This document shows, one piece after another, positions 1-9,743 of a stretch of DNA of 64,000 nucleotides. Numbering within the stretch: the first letter of the stretch is position 1; the number at the start of each line of letters is the position of its first letter. A program made the position numbers and the translations under genes. The stretch covers positions 416,001 through 480,000 of the forward strand of contig OY970364.1 of the NCBI GenBank assembly GCA_963718565.1, written 5' to 3'. The notes beneath the pieces are model-generated. The model was not told the origin of the DNA and ran no database searches. It worked only from the letters and a program-made list of their open reading frames with translations. The stretch comes from an uncultured Verrucomicrobiae bacterium. GTDB lineage: Bacteria; Chlamydiota; Chlamydiia; Chlamydiales; Rhabdochlamydiaceae.

Positions 1-1
1 C

Positions 2-142
2 GGGATATCTTATAATAAACTCATCTCCGGTTTGAAGAAAACAGGTTGCGGGCTAAACCGCAAAATGTTGTCTGAGATGGCCTTAAGAGATCCAAGCAGT
101 TTCGCAGCGATTGCCGGCACTGCTAAACAAGCCCTTGCTTAA
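2..142 (+). CDS. rplT: 50S ribosomal protein L20, 3' part (truncated by window start)
   Basis: Frame 2 reads GISYNKLISGLKKTGCGLNRKMLSEMALRDPSSFAAIAGTAKQALA*; the LNRKMLSE motif is typical of L20; lies directly upstream of pheS. Confidence 0.93.
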   Translation, partial: GISYNKLISGLKKTGCGLNRKMLSEMALRDPSSFAAIAGTAKQALA

Positions 143-150
143 GAAGTTCT

Positions 151-177
151 ACCTGCACCTTAATCAAAGGTGCAGGT
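151..177 (+). terminator. Stem-loop after rplT
   Basis: acctgcacctt-aatca-aaggtgcaggt inverted repeat; weak U-tail. Confidence 0.5.
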
Positions 178-198
178 CTCTCTACCCCAGGTCTTTTT

Positions 199-1221
199 GT
201 GCAACAACAAGTATCGTCTCTTCGCAAGCAATTTCAAAGTGAACTTGGTCAAGTTCAGCACAGTAAGGAAGTGGAACAGCTCAAAGTCAAATACCTAGGT
301 AAAAAAGGTCCCATTCAAGATCTGATGCAGCACTTGCGCAACGCGTCGCAAGAAATGCGCCCTCTCATCGGACAACAGATCAATGAGCTTAAAGAAGAAA
401 TCTCGCAGCTATGCGAACAAGCCTTGCAAAGCTTTTCTCAGGTCGAGCTTGCTAGGCGTCTCAATGAAGAAAAGATCGATGTGACATTACCCGGACGACG
501 ACGCTATCTCGGCAGAGAGCATCCCATCCATCAAGTTCTCAATGAAGTGATTCAGATCCTGATCGGCATGGGCTTTTCTGTCCAATATGGTCCCGATATT
601 GATAGCGATTATTATAATTATGAGGGATTGAATTTTCCCTCCGATCACCCTGCTCGTGATATGCAGGACACTTTTTACATCACTAAAGACCTCCTGCTTC
701 GCTCGCACACGTCCAATACGCAGCTGCGCGTGATGGAGAACCACAATCCGCCCATCCGCATTATCGCTCCCGGCACTGTTTACCGTAACGAGACAATCAG
801 CAGCCGCTCCCACGTCTTCTTTCATCAAGTCGAAGGATTGTACATTGATAAGAATGTTTCCTTTGCCGATCTGTTTGCCACGATGGATGAATTCTTGAGC
901 AAATTATTCCATACCAAAGTGACAACCCGTTTTCGCCCTAGCTACTTTCCTTTTGTCGAGCCTGGCCTTGAGGTCGATGTTGCCTGCACATCTTGCAACG
1001 GTAAAGGCTGCCGTCTCTGTAAGCAATCCGGATGGTTAGAAATTTGCGGCGCCGGGATGGTTCATCCCGAAGTCCTGAAAAATGGCGGGATCAACCCCGA
1101 AGAGTATAGCGGATATGCATGGGGCATGGGTATTGAGCGCATGGCAATGCTGCGCTATGGGATCAAAGATATCCGCATGTTTACAGAAAACGATCTCCGT
1201 TTTCTCGAACAGTTCGCTTGA
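199..1221 (+). CDS. pheS: Phenylalanine-tRNA ligase alpha subunit
   Basis: HPARDMQDTFY, LRSHTS, FRPSYFPFVEP and GMGIERMAML motifs. Confidence 0.97.
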   Translation: MQQQVSSLRKQFQSELGQVQHSKEVEQLKVKYLGKKGPIQDLMQHLRNASQEMRPLIGQQINELKEEISQLCEQALQSFSQVELARRLNEEKIDVTLPGRRRYLGREHPIHQVLNEVIQILIGMGFSVQYGPDIDSDYYNYEGLNFPSDHPARDMQDTFYITKDLLLRSHTSNTQLRVMENHNPPIRIIAPGTVYRNETISSRSHVFFHQVEGLYIDKNVSFADLFATMDEFLSKLFHTKVTTRFRPSYFPFVEPGLEVDVACTSCNGKGCRLCKQSGWLEICGAGMVHPEVLKNGGINPEEYSGYAWGMGIERMAMLRYGIKDIRMFTENDLRFLEQFA

Positions 1222-1261
1222 AATTTATCTCAAGCCTGATATAATTTTTTCTTCTTTGATT

Positions 1262-1346
1262 GGAAGAGTGGCAGAGTGGCCGATTGCGTCTGTCTTGAAA
1301 ACAGAAGTCGGGAAACCGACCGTGGGTTCGAATCCTACCTCTTCCG
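1262..1346 (+). tRNA. tRNA-Ser(TGA)
   Basis: Acceptor stem ggaagag/ctcttcc; anticodon arm tctgt-cttgaaa-acaga; long variable arm gtcgg-gaaa-ccgac; T-loop ggttcgaatcc. Confidence 0.95.
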
Positions 1347-1379
1347 ACCTTTTTAACCTGAGTTTTTGGCTTGTTTTAT

Positions 1380-1398
1380 GAGGGAATTGCATTCCCTC
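1380..1398. mobile_element. Collapsed family-A element (19-bp scar)
   Basis: gagggaattgcattccctc flanked by the 4-bp direct repeat ttat/ttat. Confidence 0.75.
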
Positions 1399-1407
1399 TT
1401 ATAACAG

Positions 1408-3561
1408 TCATTTATTAAAAGGCGAAAGAATTTCCTCGTATGCTCGGAAATAAAGATCCGCCTGCAAGGAGGTGGTTTTATCCATATCTCCAAGAATTAA
1501 ATCATAATTGTTATCACCATTATCCAATAACAGTTGATTATATCGTTGATTGACAAGCTCTCTGATATTCGAACTATATTTTACATTCTCTTGATGAAGC
1601 AGATCAAAAAAATGTGATGTAGAAATAGTCAATTCAATCGAATCATAGATGTGATATGGGGAAATTGCCTTTTTATAAGATTGATAATAGAGGTCTGGTC
1701 TTACTATGCTCGTATCTTGATCTAGACCCAAGAGTTCTAAATTTTCCCCTCCAGGAATGCAATGGTCCGTCAACCCGTTCTGCCGGAGCAGGCGATTGTA
1801 TTCATCATTCACCATCCCTCGAATATTTGCCTTGAATTTGATGTTTTTTTCATGGAGCGACCAAAAACAGTGCATTGTTGAAAAATCTTTTTCTAAGGTG
1901 TCCGAGCTTATTGATGGAGGAAGAATGAAATGAGCAATTGTTTCAGTGATTTTTCCGTTGATAATTTTGTAATTGTCGCCTTCCTGCCATATAGAATCAT
2001 TGATAAGAAATTTGTATTCCATATCTTCGAGTGGAAAAGGCGATCCATAAAGCCAAGTGGAATCATCATATCGAGTAAGTGGACACCCCTTCTCCCAACT
2101 CAATCCATTCCCACTCCCGCGAATAAAAAGTCGATGCCGAGGGGAGATTTTGTATGTGATGGCTATGGAGGTTGGCCGTGTGTTGATGGATGACCTATGC
2201 ACTATCAAGGGTATCCTATTTTTGTATAAACCTTCCGCTACGGAATATTTTCCAAGATTAAGACAGTTCTTTAAAAAACTGTGGGCTTCTTCTCCCTTTA
2301 TATTTTTGGCTACGAGATGTAAAAAAGCGTCATTTTTTCGAAAAGCATAACCTAGAGCAAGTCCGTCTTTCCAAGGAATAATTCCTTTTGAAAGTAAAAA
2401 ATCGCAAAAACATTGAGCCGTCTGTTCACAAGCATCAAAGCGACCCAAGGCTTGGGTGAGTGCTGATGGATCATATCCTTCTCCATCTTCTACAATAATC
2501 TGCTTCAACAATGAAATTTGGCTTTCTTTGCGCCAAGCATTAAAAATGCTTTTGGCTTCTCCCTTAGCTTTTCTTGTTCTTGTACTACTTGTTGAGTCTT
2601 CAATCATCATTGCAAATAGAGCACCCATAATACCCGCTTCAAAACTTGTCATAGCGCAGGAGCCTGAGCGTTGTCCAGGCAATTCTAAATCGAAAGAATA
2701 TCTGGTTGTGCTTTCTGGATAATATATTGCTACAAACGCAGAAAAAGAATGAAATGGAGATTCCGGTTTAATAAACCTAGTTCCAGGAATAATACTTCCC
2801 ATGCCCCGATTACCCACAATAATCCAGGGGGAATCCATCAAAACAATATTGATCCAATGCCTGTGATCAAAGACAGAAGTGTCGGAAAGAAAAAGACTGC
2901 CTTTATTTTTTTCATATTGGTCTGCCTTAGATTGTTCCGTATGACAGGATGTGCAAGACGATGTCTCAAGCAATGAAATCAGCCTTTGCGTTTTTTCTGA
3001 GTTCCAATTTTCACTCTTGTATTCGGCAAGGAACTGTTTCAAAGAATCGATCATCCATTTCACTAGATATTGATGATGAACAAAATGATCTAGTCCATCA
3101 CTAAAAGCATGGCCTTCTAAATTAAAACCGCCTAATTCGAATTGTAATGTTAAGCGTTTGTTTTTAATATAATTTTCAGTGAAGTTTCCATCAGAGTCCT
3201 TTAACAGGGATGCGATCTCATGATAATTGCATTCTTGTGCATAAATATAAGGAGTGCAATTCACGGTTTCAGTCAGATGAGAACGATTCATGCGTAATTT
3301 TGCAGAAGCCCCTTGCTGGAGTAGTCTTTTCACAGCCTCTACTTGATTTGTTCTTATTGCGATAAGTAAAGGATGACATTTATCTGAAATTAATCGTTCT
3401 TTCCATGGTTTGCTCACTAAACAACAATTTCCCCAATCGGCAATGTTTAGATAAGAAAAAATTTCCAAAATCGGTTTTTCTTGAGCTGTAACTTCATAAT
3501 TGAAGAACTGATCTATTAAATAATAAATGGGGTCTCGTAACTTTCCTAAATTAATTGACAC
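1408..3561 (-). CDS. F-box/ankyrin-like multidomain protein, putative secreted effector
   Basis: ILEIFSYLNIADWGNCCLVSKPWK (F-box-like); PLLIAIRTNQVEAVKRLLQQGA (ankyrin-like); H..NRG..QRSGSC; LFIRGSGNGLSWEKG..EYKFLINDSIWQEGDN (CBM20-like); two C-terminal repeats. Confidence 0.75.
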   Translation of the reverse strand: MSINLGKLRDPIYYLIDQFFNYEVTAQEKPILEIFSYLNIADWGNCCLVSKPWKERLISDKCHPLLIAIRTNQVEAVKRLLQQGASAKLRMNRSHLTETVNCTPYIYAQECNYHEIASLLKDSDGNFTENYIKNKRLTLQFELGGFNLEGHAFSDGLDHFVHHQYLVKWMIDSLKQFLAEYKSENWNSEKTQRLISLLETSSCTSCHTEQSKADQYEKNKGSLFLSDTSVFDHRHWINIVLMDSPWIIVGNRGMGSIIPGTRFIKPESPFHSFSAFVAIYYPESTTRYSFDLELPGQRSGSCAMTSFEAGIMGALFAMMIEDSTSSTRTRKAKGEAKSIFNAWRKESQISLLKQIIVEDGEGYDPSALTQALGRFDACEQTAQCFCDFLLSKGIIPWKDGLALGYAFRKNDAFLHLVAKNIKGEEAHSFLKNCLNLGKYSVAEGLYKNRIPLIVHRSSINTRPTSIAITYKISPRHRLFIRGSGNGLSWEKGCPLTRYDDSTWLYGSPFPLEDMEYKFLINDSIWQEGDNYKIINGKITETIAHFILPPSISSDTLEKDFSTMHCFWSLHEKNIKFKANIRGMVNDEYNRLLRQNGLTDHCIPGGENLELLGLDQDTSIVRPDLYYQSYKKAISPYHIYDSIELTISTSHFFDLLHQENVKYSSNIRELVNQRYNQLLLDNGDNNYDLILGDMDKTTSLQADLYFRAYEEILSPFNK

Positions 3562-3721
3562 AATTATACCTGTTTTTTTTGATTATTTAAGTTTTAATAT
3601 AATTATAGTTAATTTTACTATAAACTTCAATTATTTAATGTATTTAAATGTAGGGGCAAAGTGGAAATGTCGTGTTGACAAAAAATTATTTTAAGATGGA
3701 TGGGATAGAGGATCTAAATTT

Positions 3722-3883
3722 GTACGTCCTCAAAAACCTATGGCAAGCACTGAATGTCATTTGGATCCATGCCAGGCTTTGCATTTATCGATCTCAATCA
3801 GGCATGGATCCAATCGATAAGTGGTAAGTCTGGCATGGATCAAAATGGTCTTCAACTTTTGCCATGAGTTTTTAAGGACGTAC
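3722..3883. mobile_element. MITE family B
   Basis: TIRs gtacgtcctcaaaaac / gtttttaaggacgtac; 8-bp TSD ctaaattt at 3714-3721 and 3884-3891. Confidence 0.88.
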
Positions 3884-5062
3884 CTAAATTTGGAGGAAGA
3901 ATGAAATGAGGACTTCTTCCATCGATTTTTCCATCGATGATTTTGTGATTGTCGCCTTCATGGCCTATCTTATCATTGATGAAAAATTTGTATTCCATAT
4001 CTTCGAGTGGAACAGGCGATACATAGATCCAAATGGAATCATTGCATCGAGTGAGTGGGCTCCCATTTTCCCAATTCAAGCCATTTCCGCTTCCGCGAAT
4101 GAAAAGTCGATTCCCAGAGGGGATTTTGCATGTGATGCTTATGAAGGTTGACTGTGTGCTGGGGAAGGATATCCCATTTTTGTAGAAAATTTCCGTTATG
4201 TAATGCTTCTTAAAAATAGGACAGTGGTTCCAAAGAATGTGAACTTCCTTTTCCCCCTTTATATTTTTGGCCATGAGACGTAAAAAAGTATCATTTTTTT
4301 GAAGAACATACTTTAAAGCAGCTCCCTCTTTCCAAGGAGTAATTCCTTTTGAAACTAGAAAATCCCAAAAACGTTGAGCCGTTTGTTCACAAGCATCAAA
4401 ACGACCCAAGGCTTTGGTGAGTGCTGATGGATCATAGCCTTCTCCATCTTCTACAATAATCTGCTTCAACAATGAAATTTGGCTTTCTTTGTGCCAAGCA
4501 TTAAAAATGCTTTGAGCTTCCTCTTTAGCTTTTGTGACATTATTTATTGGGTCTTCAATCATCATTGCAAATAGGGCACCCATAATACCCGCTTCAAAAC
4601 TCACCATAGAGCAAGAGCCTGAGTATTGTTCAGGTAATTCCAAATCAAAACAATAGCCAGGTGCTTTTCTTTTTGCATAATTTTTTGCGAACTCAAAAAA
4701 AGAATAAAATGGAGATTCTGATTTAAAAAACCTGGCTCCAGGAACGACACTTCTCGTGTTCCGATTACCCACAATAATCCAGGAATTTATCAAAACAACA
4801 CTGACCCAATGCTTATGTTTAAAGACAGAAGTATCGGAAAGAAAAAGACTGCCTTTGTTTTTTTCATATTGGTCTGCATGAGATTGTTTCGTATGACAGG
4901 ATGTGCAAGAGGATGTCTCAAGCAATGAAATCAGCCTTTGCGTTTTTTCTGGGTTCCAATTTTCACTCTTGTATTCGGCAAGGAACTGTTTCAAAGAATC
5001 GATCATCCATTTCACTAGATATTGATGATGAACAAAATGATCTAGTCCATCACTAAAAGCAT

Positions 5063-6363
5063 CAGGGCCATTTAACTAAAAATTTTTGATACCAGATCAG
5101 CTAAGATGGCATAATAAATTCCTCAAATTTGGAGGACCTATTATGTCACGCCGTAAGCCAATCGACGCCACAATCCTAGAAGCTAGTAAGAATTTTGATG
5201 CCCGTGTATTCGCGGAAACCGTCAAGGGAGAGTTTGCAGATTTCCCTGATTATCGACGTAATCAAAAACGTGTCTTATATCCAGTTTGGTATTTGACTCT
5301 TGTTATTCTCTGCGGATTCTTTTGTGGATGCAATACGATTGAGGAAATCGCTGAATATGTTTCTCTGCAGGAGGAGTGGTTTTCTTCTCTGCTAGGTGAG
5401 GAGCTCTCAGCACCTTCCCATGGAGCGCTCTGGTGGTTTTTAGTGAAAACACCCCCTGGTGCGCTCAAGCACTACTTGCAAAAATGGTTCAGCAAAATTC
5501 CTGCTTCATTGCGCGATCAGCTATTGGCGATCGATGGTAAACGGATGAAAGGCGCAAATTTCCTAGGCGGTGTCACACACGTAGTGGAGCTATTCGCAGC
5601 GGAGGATCGATTATGTCTTGCCGTGGAAAAGGTCCCAAATAAAACAGTCGAAAAGAGCACGTTACCAATCATTTTGGAGCAAGTGAATGTAGAGGGGGCG
5701 ATTATTTCAGGAGATGCACATTTCACCGTAGCCGAATCGGCAGAACAAATCGTTGATGCGAAGGCAGATTATCTGCTGGCTGTTAAGGACAACCAGCCAA
5801 CGCTGTGCGCTGAAATGGAGAATTTTTTTGATCAAGCTCACGCAGTCGAATGGGAGGAAGTCCCCCATTCGTTTCACCAGGAAGTAGATAAAGGCCATGG
5901 TCGAATCGACATTCGAGAAGTACGAGTCGTCGAGGACCTGGACTGGTTGCCAAATGCGGGCAAATGGAAAAACTTAGTCTGTCTCATCGAAGTAAGGTCC
6001 ACGAGGCAAAAACTTGGATCTACTGCCAATGAGGTATTTAGACGGCTATATATTTCGAGTCGTCGAGCATCTGCCAAAGATTTTGCTAAATGGACCCGAC
6101 AGCACTGGAGCATAGAAAACAAATGCCATTGGGTAGCTGATGTGATTTTTGAAGAGGATTATGCATTGACGGATAGAGGGAATAGTGCGGAGAACATGGG
6201 GTTGTTTCGACGTTTGGCTATGAACATGGCTGCAGTTGTAGATCCAGAAAGGGGGCTCGCCTCCGTAAGGCGCGCAGCAACTTTCGGTGGTGGGTACTTA
6301 AAGGGAATTTTGGCAACATTTTTCTGTTCGAAAATGTCAAAACATTTTAGTTAAATGGCCCTG
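5063..6363 (+). mobile_element. ISAs1-family insertion sequence
   Basis: TIRs cagggccatttaactaaaa / ttttagttaaatggccctg; 10-bp TSD ctaaaagcat at 5053-5062 and 6364-6373. Confidence 0.93.
5143..6354 (+). CDS. ISAs1-family (H-repeat) transposase
   Basis: LAIDGK, SGDA, VKDNQPTL, GHGRIDIR and RQHWSIEN motifs; ATG at 5143 follows a ggagg RBS. Confidence 0.92.
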   Translation: MSRRKPIDATILEASKNFDARVFAETVKGEFADFPDYRRNQKRVLYPVWYLTLVILCGFFCGCNTIEEIAEYVSLQEEWFSSLLGEELSAPSHGALWWFLVKTPPGALKHYLQKWFSKIPASLRDQLLAIDGKRMKGANFLGGVTHVVELFAAEDRLCLAVEKVPNKTVEKSTLPIILEQVNVEGAIISGDAHFTVAESAEQIVDAKADYLLAVKDNQPTLCAEMENFFDQAHAVEWEEVPHSFHQEVDKGHGRIDIREVRVVEDLDWLPNAGKWKNLVCLIEVRSTRQKLGSTANEVFRRLYISSRRASAKDFAKWTRQHWSIENKCHWVADVIFEEDYALTDRGNSAENMGLFRRLAMNMAAVVDPERGLASVRRAATFGGGYLKGILATFFCSKMSKHFS

Positions 6364-6974
6364 CTAAAAGCATGGCCTTCTAAATTAAAACCGCCCAATT
6401 CGAATTGTAATGTTAAGCGTTTGTTTTTAATATAATTTTCAGTGAAATTCCCATCAGAATCCTTTAATAGGGATGCGATCTCATGATAATTGTATTCTTG
6501 TGCATAAATATAAGGAGTGCAATTCACGATTTCAGTCAGATGAGAACTGTTCATGCATAACTTTGCAGAAGCCCCTTTGTGGAGTAATGTTTTCACGGAG
6601 TCTGCTTGATTTGTTCTTATTGCGATAAGGAGAGGATGATATTTATCTGAAATTAACCGTTCTTTCCATGATTCGCTCACCAAACAACAATTTCCCCAAT
6701 CGGAAATGTTTAGATAAGAAAAAATTTTAAAAATCGATTTTTCTCGAACTGAAACTTGATAACTGGAGCACGAATCTACTAGGGAAAAGGGATCCTGTAA
6801 CTCTTTTAAATTGGTTGGCTTTTCTAAATTAATTGACATGGCTATTATATTTTCTTAGTATAATTAAAATCAATTCTACTATAAATTTAAATTATTTAAT
6901 ACTTGTTTTTTTGGAATTTGTATTATAATATAAAGCTCTGAATGTAAGGAACTTGAAAAAAAAGAAAATTTTTA

Positions 6975-6994
6975 GAGGGTTTTGCAATTCCCTC
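6975..6994. mobile_element. Collapsed family-A element (20-bp scar)
   Basis: gagggttttgcaattccctc flanked by ttta/ttta. Confidence 0.7.
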
Positions 6995-7127
6995 TTTAGT
7001 GTTTTATTTTCAACATCCCATGCCTGACATGAGGACTGTTGGAACTAATTGATCTATTTTTAATGTGTAGGTTTTATTCGGGACGACATCGACCCAATTG
7101 GTGTGTAGATCAGGATCGCCTTCACCA

Positions 7128-7292
7128 TTAGACCAAACAAGCACACGAAAGTATAACGATTGCTTCATAAGCGGTGTCTAAGGCTGTAATGTCGATCTCG
7201 CCATTGCTTTGCATCGCATGTGAGTCCCCAGTCCAGACAAGGGCTCCTTTTTGGAAGACGGGAAGAAATAAAACTGAACCTATTTGCAACTC
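7128..7292 (-). pseudogene. Acetamidase/formamidase-family fragment
   Basis: Minus strand reads ELQIGSVLFLPVFQKGALVWTGDSHAMQSNGEIDITALDT; no start codon and no full ORF. Confidence 0.65.
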
Positions 7293-7431
7293 GGGCTGAT
7301 CGAGATTAGCGTTACGGTTTCCGGTGTTGCTGGAACTCTATATGTTTCGCTAATGAGAGGAGATGCAGGTAATGTTGCCGCAAGCAATGAAAGAGTTGCA
7401 AATTTTTTCACTTTTTATTCTCCTGTTTACA

Positions 7432-7681
7432 GAGGGAATTGCAAAACTCCTCGCCGCCGCCAACCGAACCTGCTGTGCGGGTTTTGGCAACAGGTGCCAG
7501 AATCGTACGTCCTTAAAAACTCATGGCAAAAGTTGAAGACCATTTGGATCCATGCCTGATTGAGATCGATAAATGCAAAGCCTGGCATGGATCCAAATGA
7601 CATTCAGTGCTTGCCATAGGTTTTTGAGGACGTACCCAGAATCATCGATTTTCTGCTGGCGAGGAGTTTTGCAATTCCCTC
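7432..7681. mobile_element. MITE family A with a nested family-B MITE
   Basis: TIRs gagggaattgcaaaactcctcgcc / ggcgaggagttttgcaattccctc; TSD taca/taca. Confidence 0.88.
7505..7635. mobile_element. MITE family B nested in family A
   Basis: gtacgtcc...ggacgtac ends; 8-bp TSD ccagaatc. Confidence 0.88.
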
Positions 7682-7745
7682 TACAAAAACTTATATGTAA
7701 ACATTATTACGAAGCAGGTCAAGTAAATATACCGAAACAATAGGG

Positions 7746-8930
7746 TTAATCGCGATAATAGGGATGATCTGCAACTTTTTTATAGTCCTGAAGTCCTTCA
7801 TCCCAGACCATCGTCGGGTCGAGATTTTCCCCATATTTGCTTTGCAGAAAGGCGATGACATTATTGGGCGCCCACATAGTTAGATGATCAAATTTTGCTT
7901 TCTTAAGCGGAAACATCTCTTCGTACTTCAGGGGTTTCATGCATTTTAATTCTGTTTTTTTCCAGCTATGGGGGAATGGACTATCGAGATAGGTGAAAAA
8001 GTATTGGACTTTGCGCTCTTTTTCATCGATCTCATAATGATAGATGTCGATGAAATTTTTAGTCTCTTTGACATAGAGCTTCAAAAAGGTTTTCGGTTTT
8101 GAGTAACTTGACCAATCCTGGATTTGATATTTTTCAGGGTCGAGATTGGAGAGAATTTTTTTCACATTATCATGGTCGGAAAGGAGGATCGAAATGTCGA
8201 TGTCCCAGTCCCAGGGGATGATGCCGCCATAACGATAGGCGCCCAGGCAGGTTCCGCAATCAATCCAATACACGATATTGTGTGCCTCTAAAAGCTCAAT
8301 GGTTTCTTTGAGGGCTTGAATTTCGACTTTTTGCTTTTTTGTTAATCCTGAGGGACGTTTATGGGCCTGACAAGGAATCCATTCTTCGCAGTGGAAATTT
8401 TTTATTCCCTTTAGGCGATAGTATTCCAGATTGCTCTTGATCGGAGACCTTTTCATGATCTTTTTAATCATTTCATGGCGCTTTTGCACTTCAGGTGACA
8501 GATAGGCGAGTCCTTTGAAAGCTGTTCCTAGCGCTTCACCGAAAGGCAGGGCGATAATACTGATCAGAGACTTTAACCAGTGGAAACTATCGTACTGGAA
8601 AGTTTGCACAACTTCAAATTCAGCATTTTCTATATCGTTGAAGGTGATCTGCTTGCCCGCAAATAAATAGCGCGAAGGAGTTAAAAAGAAATCCCCGATT
8701 TCCTCTAACACATGGGAATTTTGAACTTTGGTGTTAAGAAAAAAGCTTTCGCGAATGGTATGAAAAGAAGAAACCACTGGAATACCGATGGGCTGCATCA
8801 CATCGCGCACAAAGTCTGTGGGGACTTGCCGAGCCTCTTCTTCAGCAGAGCAGATCCCGCTATGTATTGCGAACAATGTGCAAGCGAATAGGAAGAAAGT
8901 CATTTGTTTTTTTAATAAAACTAAGCTCAT
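7746..8930 (-). CDS. LicD-family phosphotransferase with N-terminal hydrophobic segment
   Basis: YWIDCGTCLGAYRYGGIIPWDWDIDI motif; the ORF-track extension to 9029 lies inside a MITE, so the start is placed at 8930. Confidence 0.85.
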   Translation of the reverse strand: MSLVLLKKQMTFFLFACTLFAIHSGICSAEEEARQVPTDFVRDVMQPIGIPVVSSFHTIRESFFLNTKVQNSHVLEEIGDFFLTPSRYLFAGKQITFNDIENAEFEVVQTFQYDSFHWLKSLISIIALPFGEALGTAFKGLAYLSPEVQKRHEMIKKIMKRSPIKSNLEYYRLKGIKNFHCEEWIPCQAHKRPSGLTKKQKVEIQALKETIELLEAHNIVYWIDCGTCLGAYRYGGIIPWDWDIDISILLSDHDNVKKILSNLDPEKYQIQDWSSYSKPKTFLKLYVKETKNFIDIYHYEIDEKERKVQYFFTYLDSPFPHSWKKTELKCMKPLKYEEMFPLKKAKFDHLTMWAPNNVIAFLQSKYGENLDPTMVWDEGLQDYKKVADHPYYRD

Positions 8931-8942
8931 AAAAGGACCTCT

Positions 8943-9114
8943 TATACGGCGCGCGGTTAGGTTTGGTGAATTTTGACAGGCTGCGACTTTGCCAAATCGA
9001 TCCTTCTCGCTCGCCTTGCTATTCAGCAATGGTCCCGCTCGTTCGGCCGCTTCGCTTCGATTTTGCTTCGTCTCGCAGAGTCAAAATTCGCCAAACCTAA
9101 CCGCGCGCCGTATA
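8943..9114. mobile_element. MITE family C (TA-flanked)
   Basis: Long IR tatacggcgcgcggttaggtttgg / ccaaacctaaccgcgcgccgtata; near-identical to 17453-17624 and 18949-19120. Confidence 0.88.
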
Positions 9115-9212
9115 CATTTAAACTGGACTTTAGCCATTGCTAAAATTCAGTTAAACGAAATGGTTATTTTCAATATAGCTCAAAACTAAGTGGTCATTTA
9201 GAATGACTCCCT

Positions 9213-9743
9213 TTGGGAATGAGAATGCTGACTCCGAACGGTATAAAACAAGAGATAAGCTTAATCTACCTCCATACCTTAGCGACTCGTTGGAGTTATT
9301 CTTTTGAGCTCACTAGAGTTGATATGGATAGTGTGGACGCAACAATCTGTGCTAAGGGAAAGATATCTGGTTCGAGAGGTATTCTTAGGTCACCAAGGAT
9401 CGAATTACAACTGAAGGCTACTGAACAAGAATGTCATCAAGAAATAATCTCTTTTAGTATATCAAAGAAAAACTATGACGATCTCCGTCAAACCACAATG
9501 GTTCCAAGGATTTTAGTGGTTCTTTTCCTTCCTGTTGGAATGGATTGGTTTGCATTTGACCAGGAGAAGATTGAAATTTATGGTAAGGCTTTTTGGAAAA
9601 GTTTAAGAGGGGAAGCTGAGAGTGAGAATAAAACAAGTGTTACAATTCACTTTTCCCAGGTCCAAAGACTTAATGAAGAAACGATTCAACAGCTGATGAT
9701 CGCAGCAGCTAATCGTGAGGAACTTGCTTATGTATCATGCTGA
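9213..9743 (+). CDS. DUF4365-family PD-(D/E)xK nuclease-like protein
   Basis: VDMDSVD..IELQLKAT..NYDDLR..PRILVVL pattern; true start may be a few codons downstream. Confidence 0.75.
   Translation: MGMRMLTPNGIKQEISLIYLHTLATRWSYSFELTRVDMDSVDATICAKGKISGSRGILRSPRIELQLKATEQECHQEIISFSISKKNYDDLRQTTMVPRILVVLFLPVGMDWFAFDQEKIEIYGKAFWKSLRGEAESENKTSVTIHFSQVQRLNEETIQQLMIAAANREELAYVSC

Larger units (their letters stand above)
3691..6839 (-). pseudogene. Paralogue of 1408-3561, interrupted by ISAs1 (5063-6363) and a MITE (3722-3883)
   Basis: ORFs 6351-6839 and 3852-5015 rejoin in frame (EGHAFS|DGLDHFVHH) once the IS and one TSD copy are removed; removing the MITE restores the C-terminus HFILPPNLDPLSHPS*. 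Confidence 0.85.

Noticed and set aside
199..1346. pheS not followed by pheT
   Set aside because: Separation of pheS and pheT is the usual chlamydial arrangement
8931..9029. N-terminal extensions of LicD, the POT transporter (31410) and the L,D-transpeptidase (48033) in the ORF track
   Set aside because: These starts lie within upstream MITEs; better starts exist downstream
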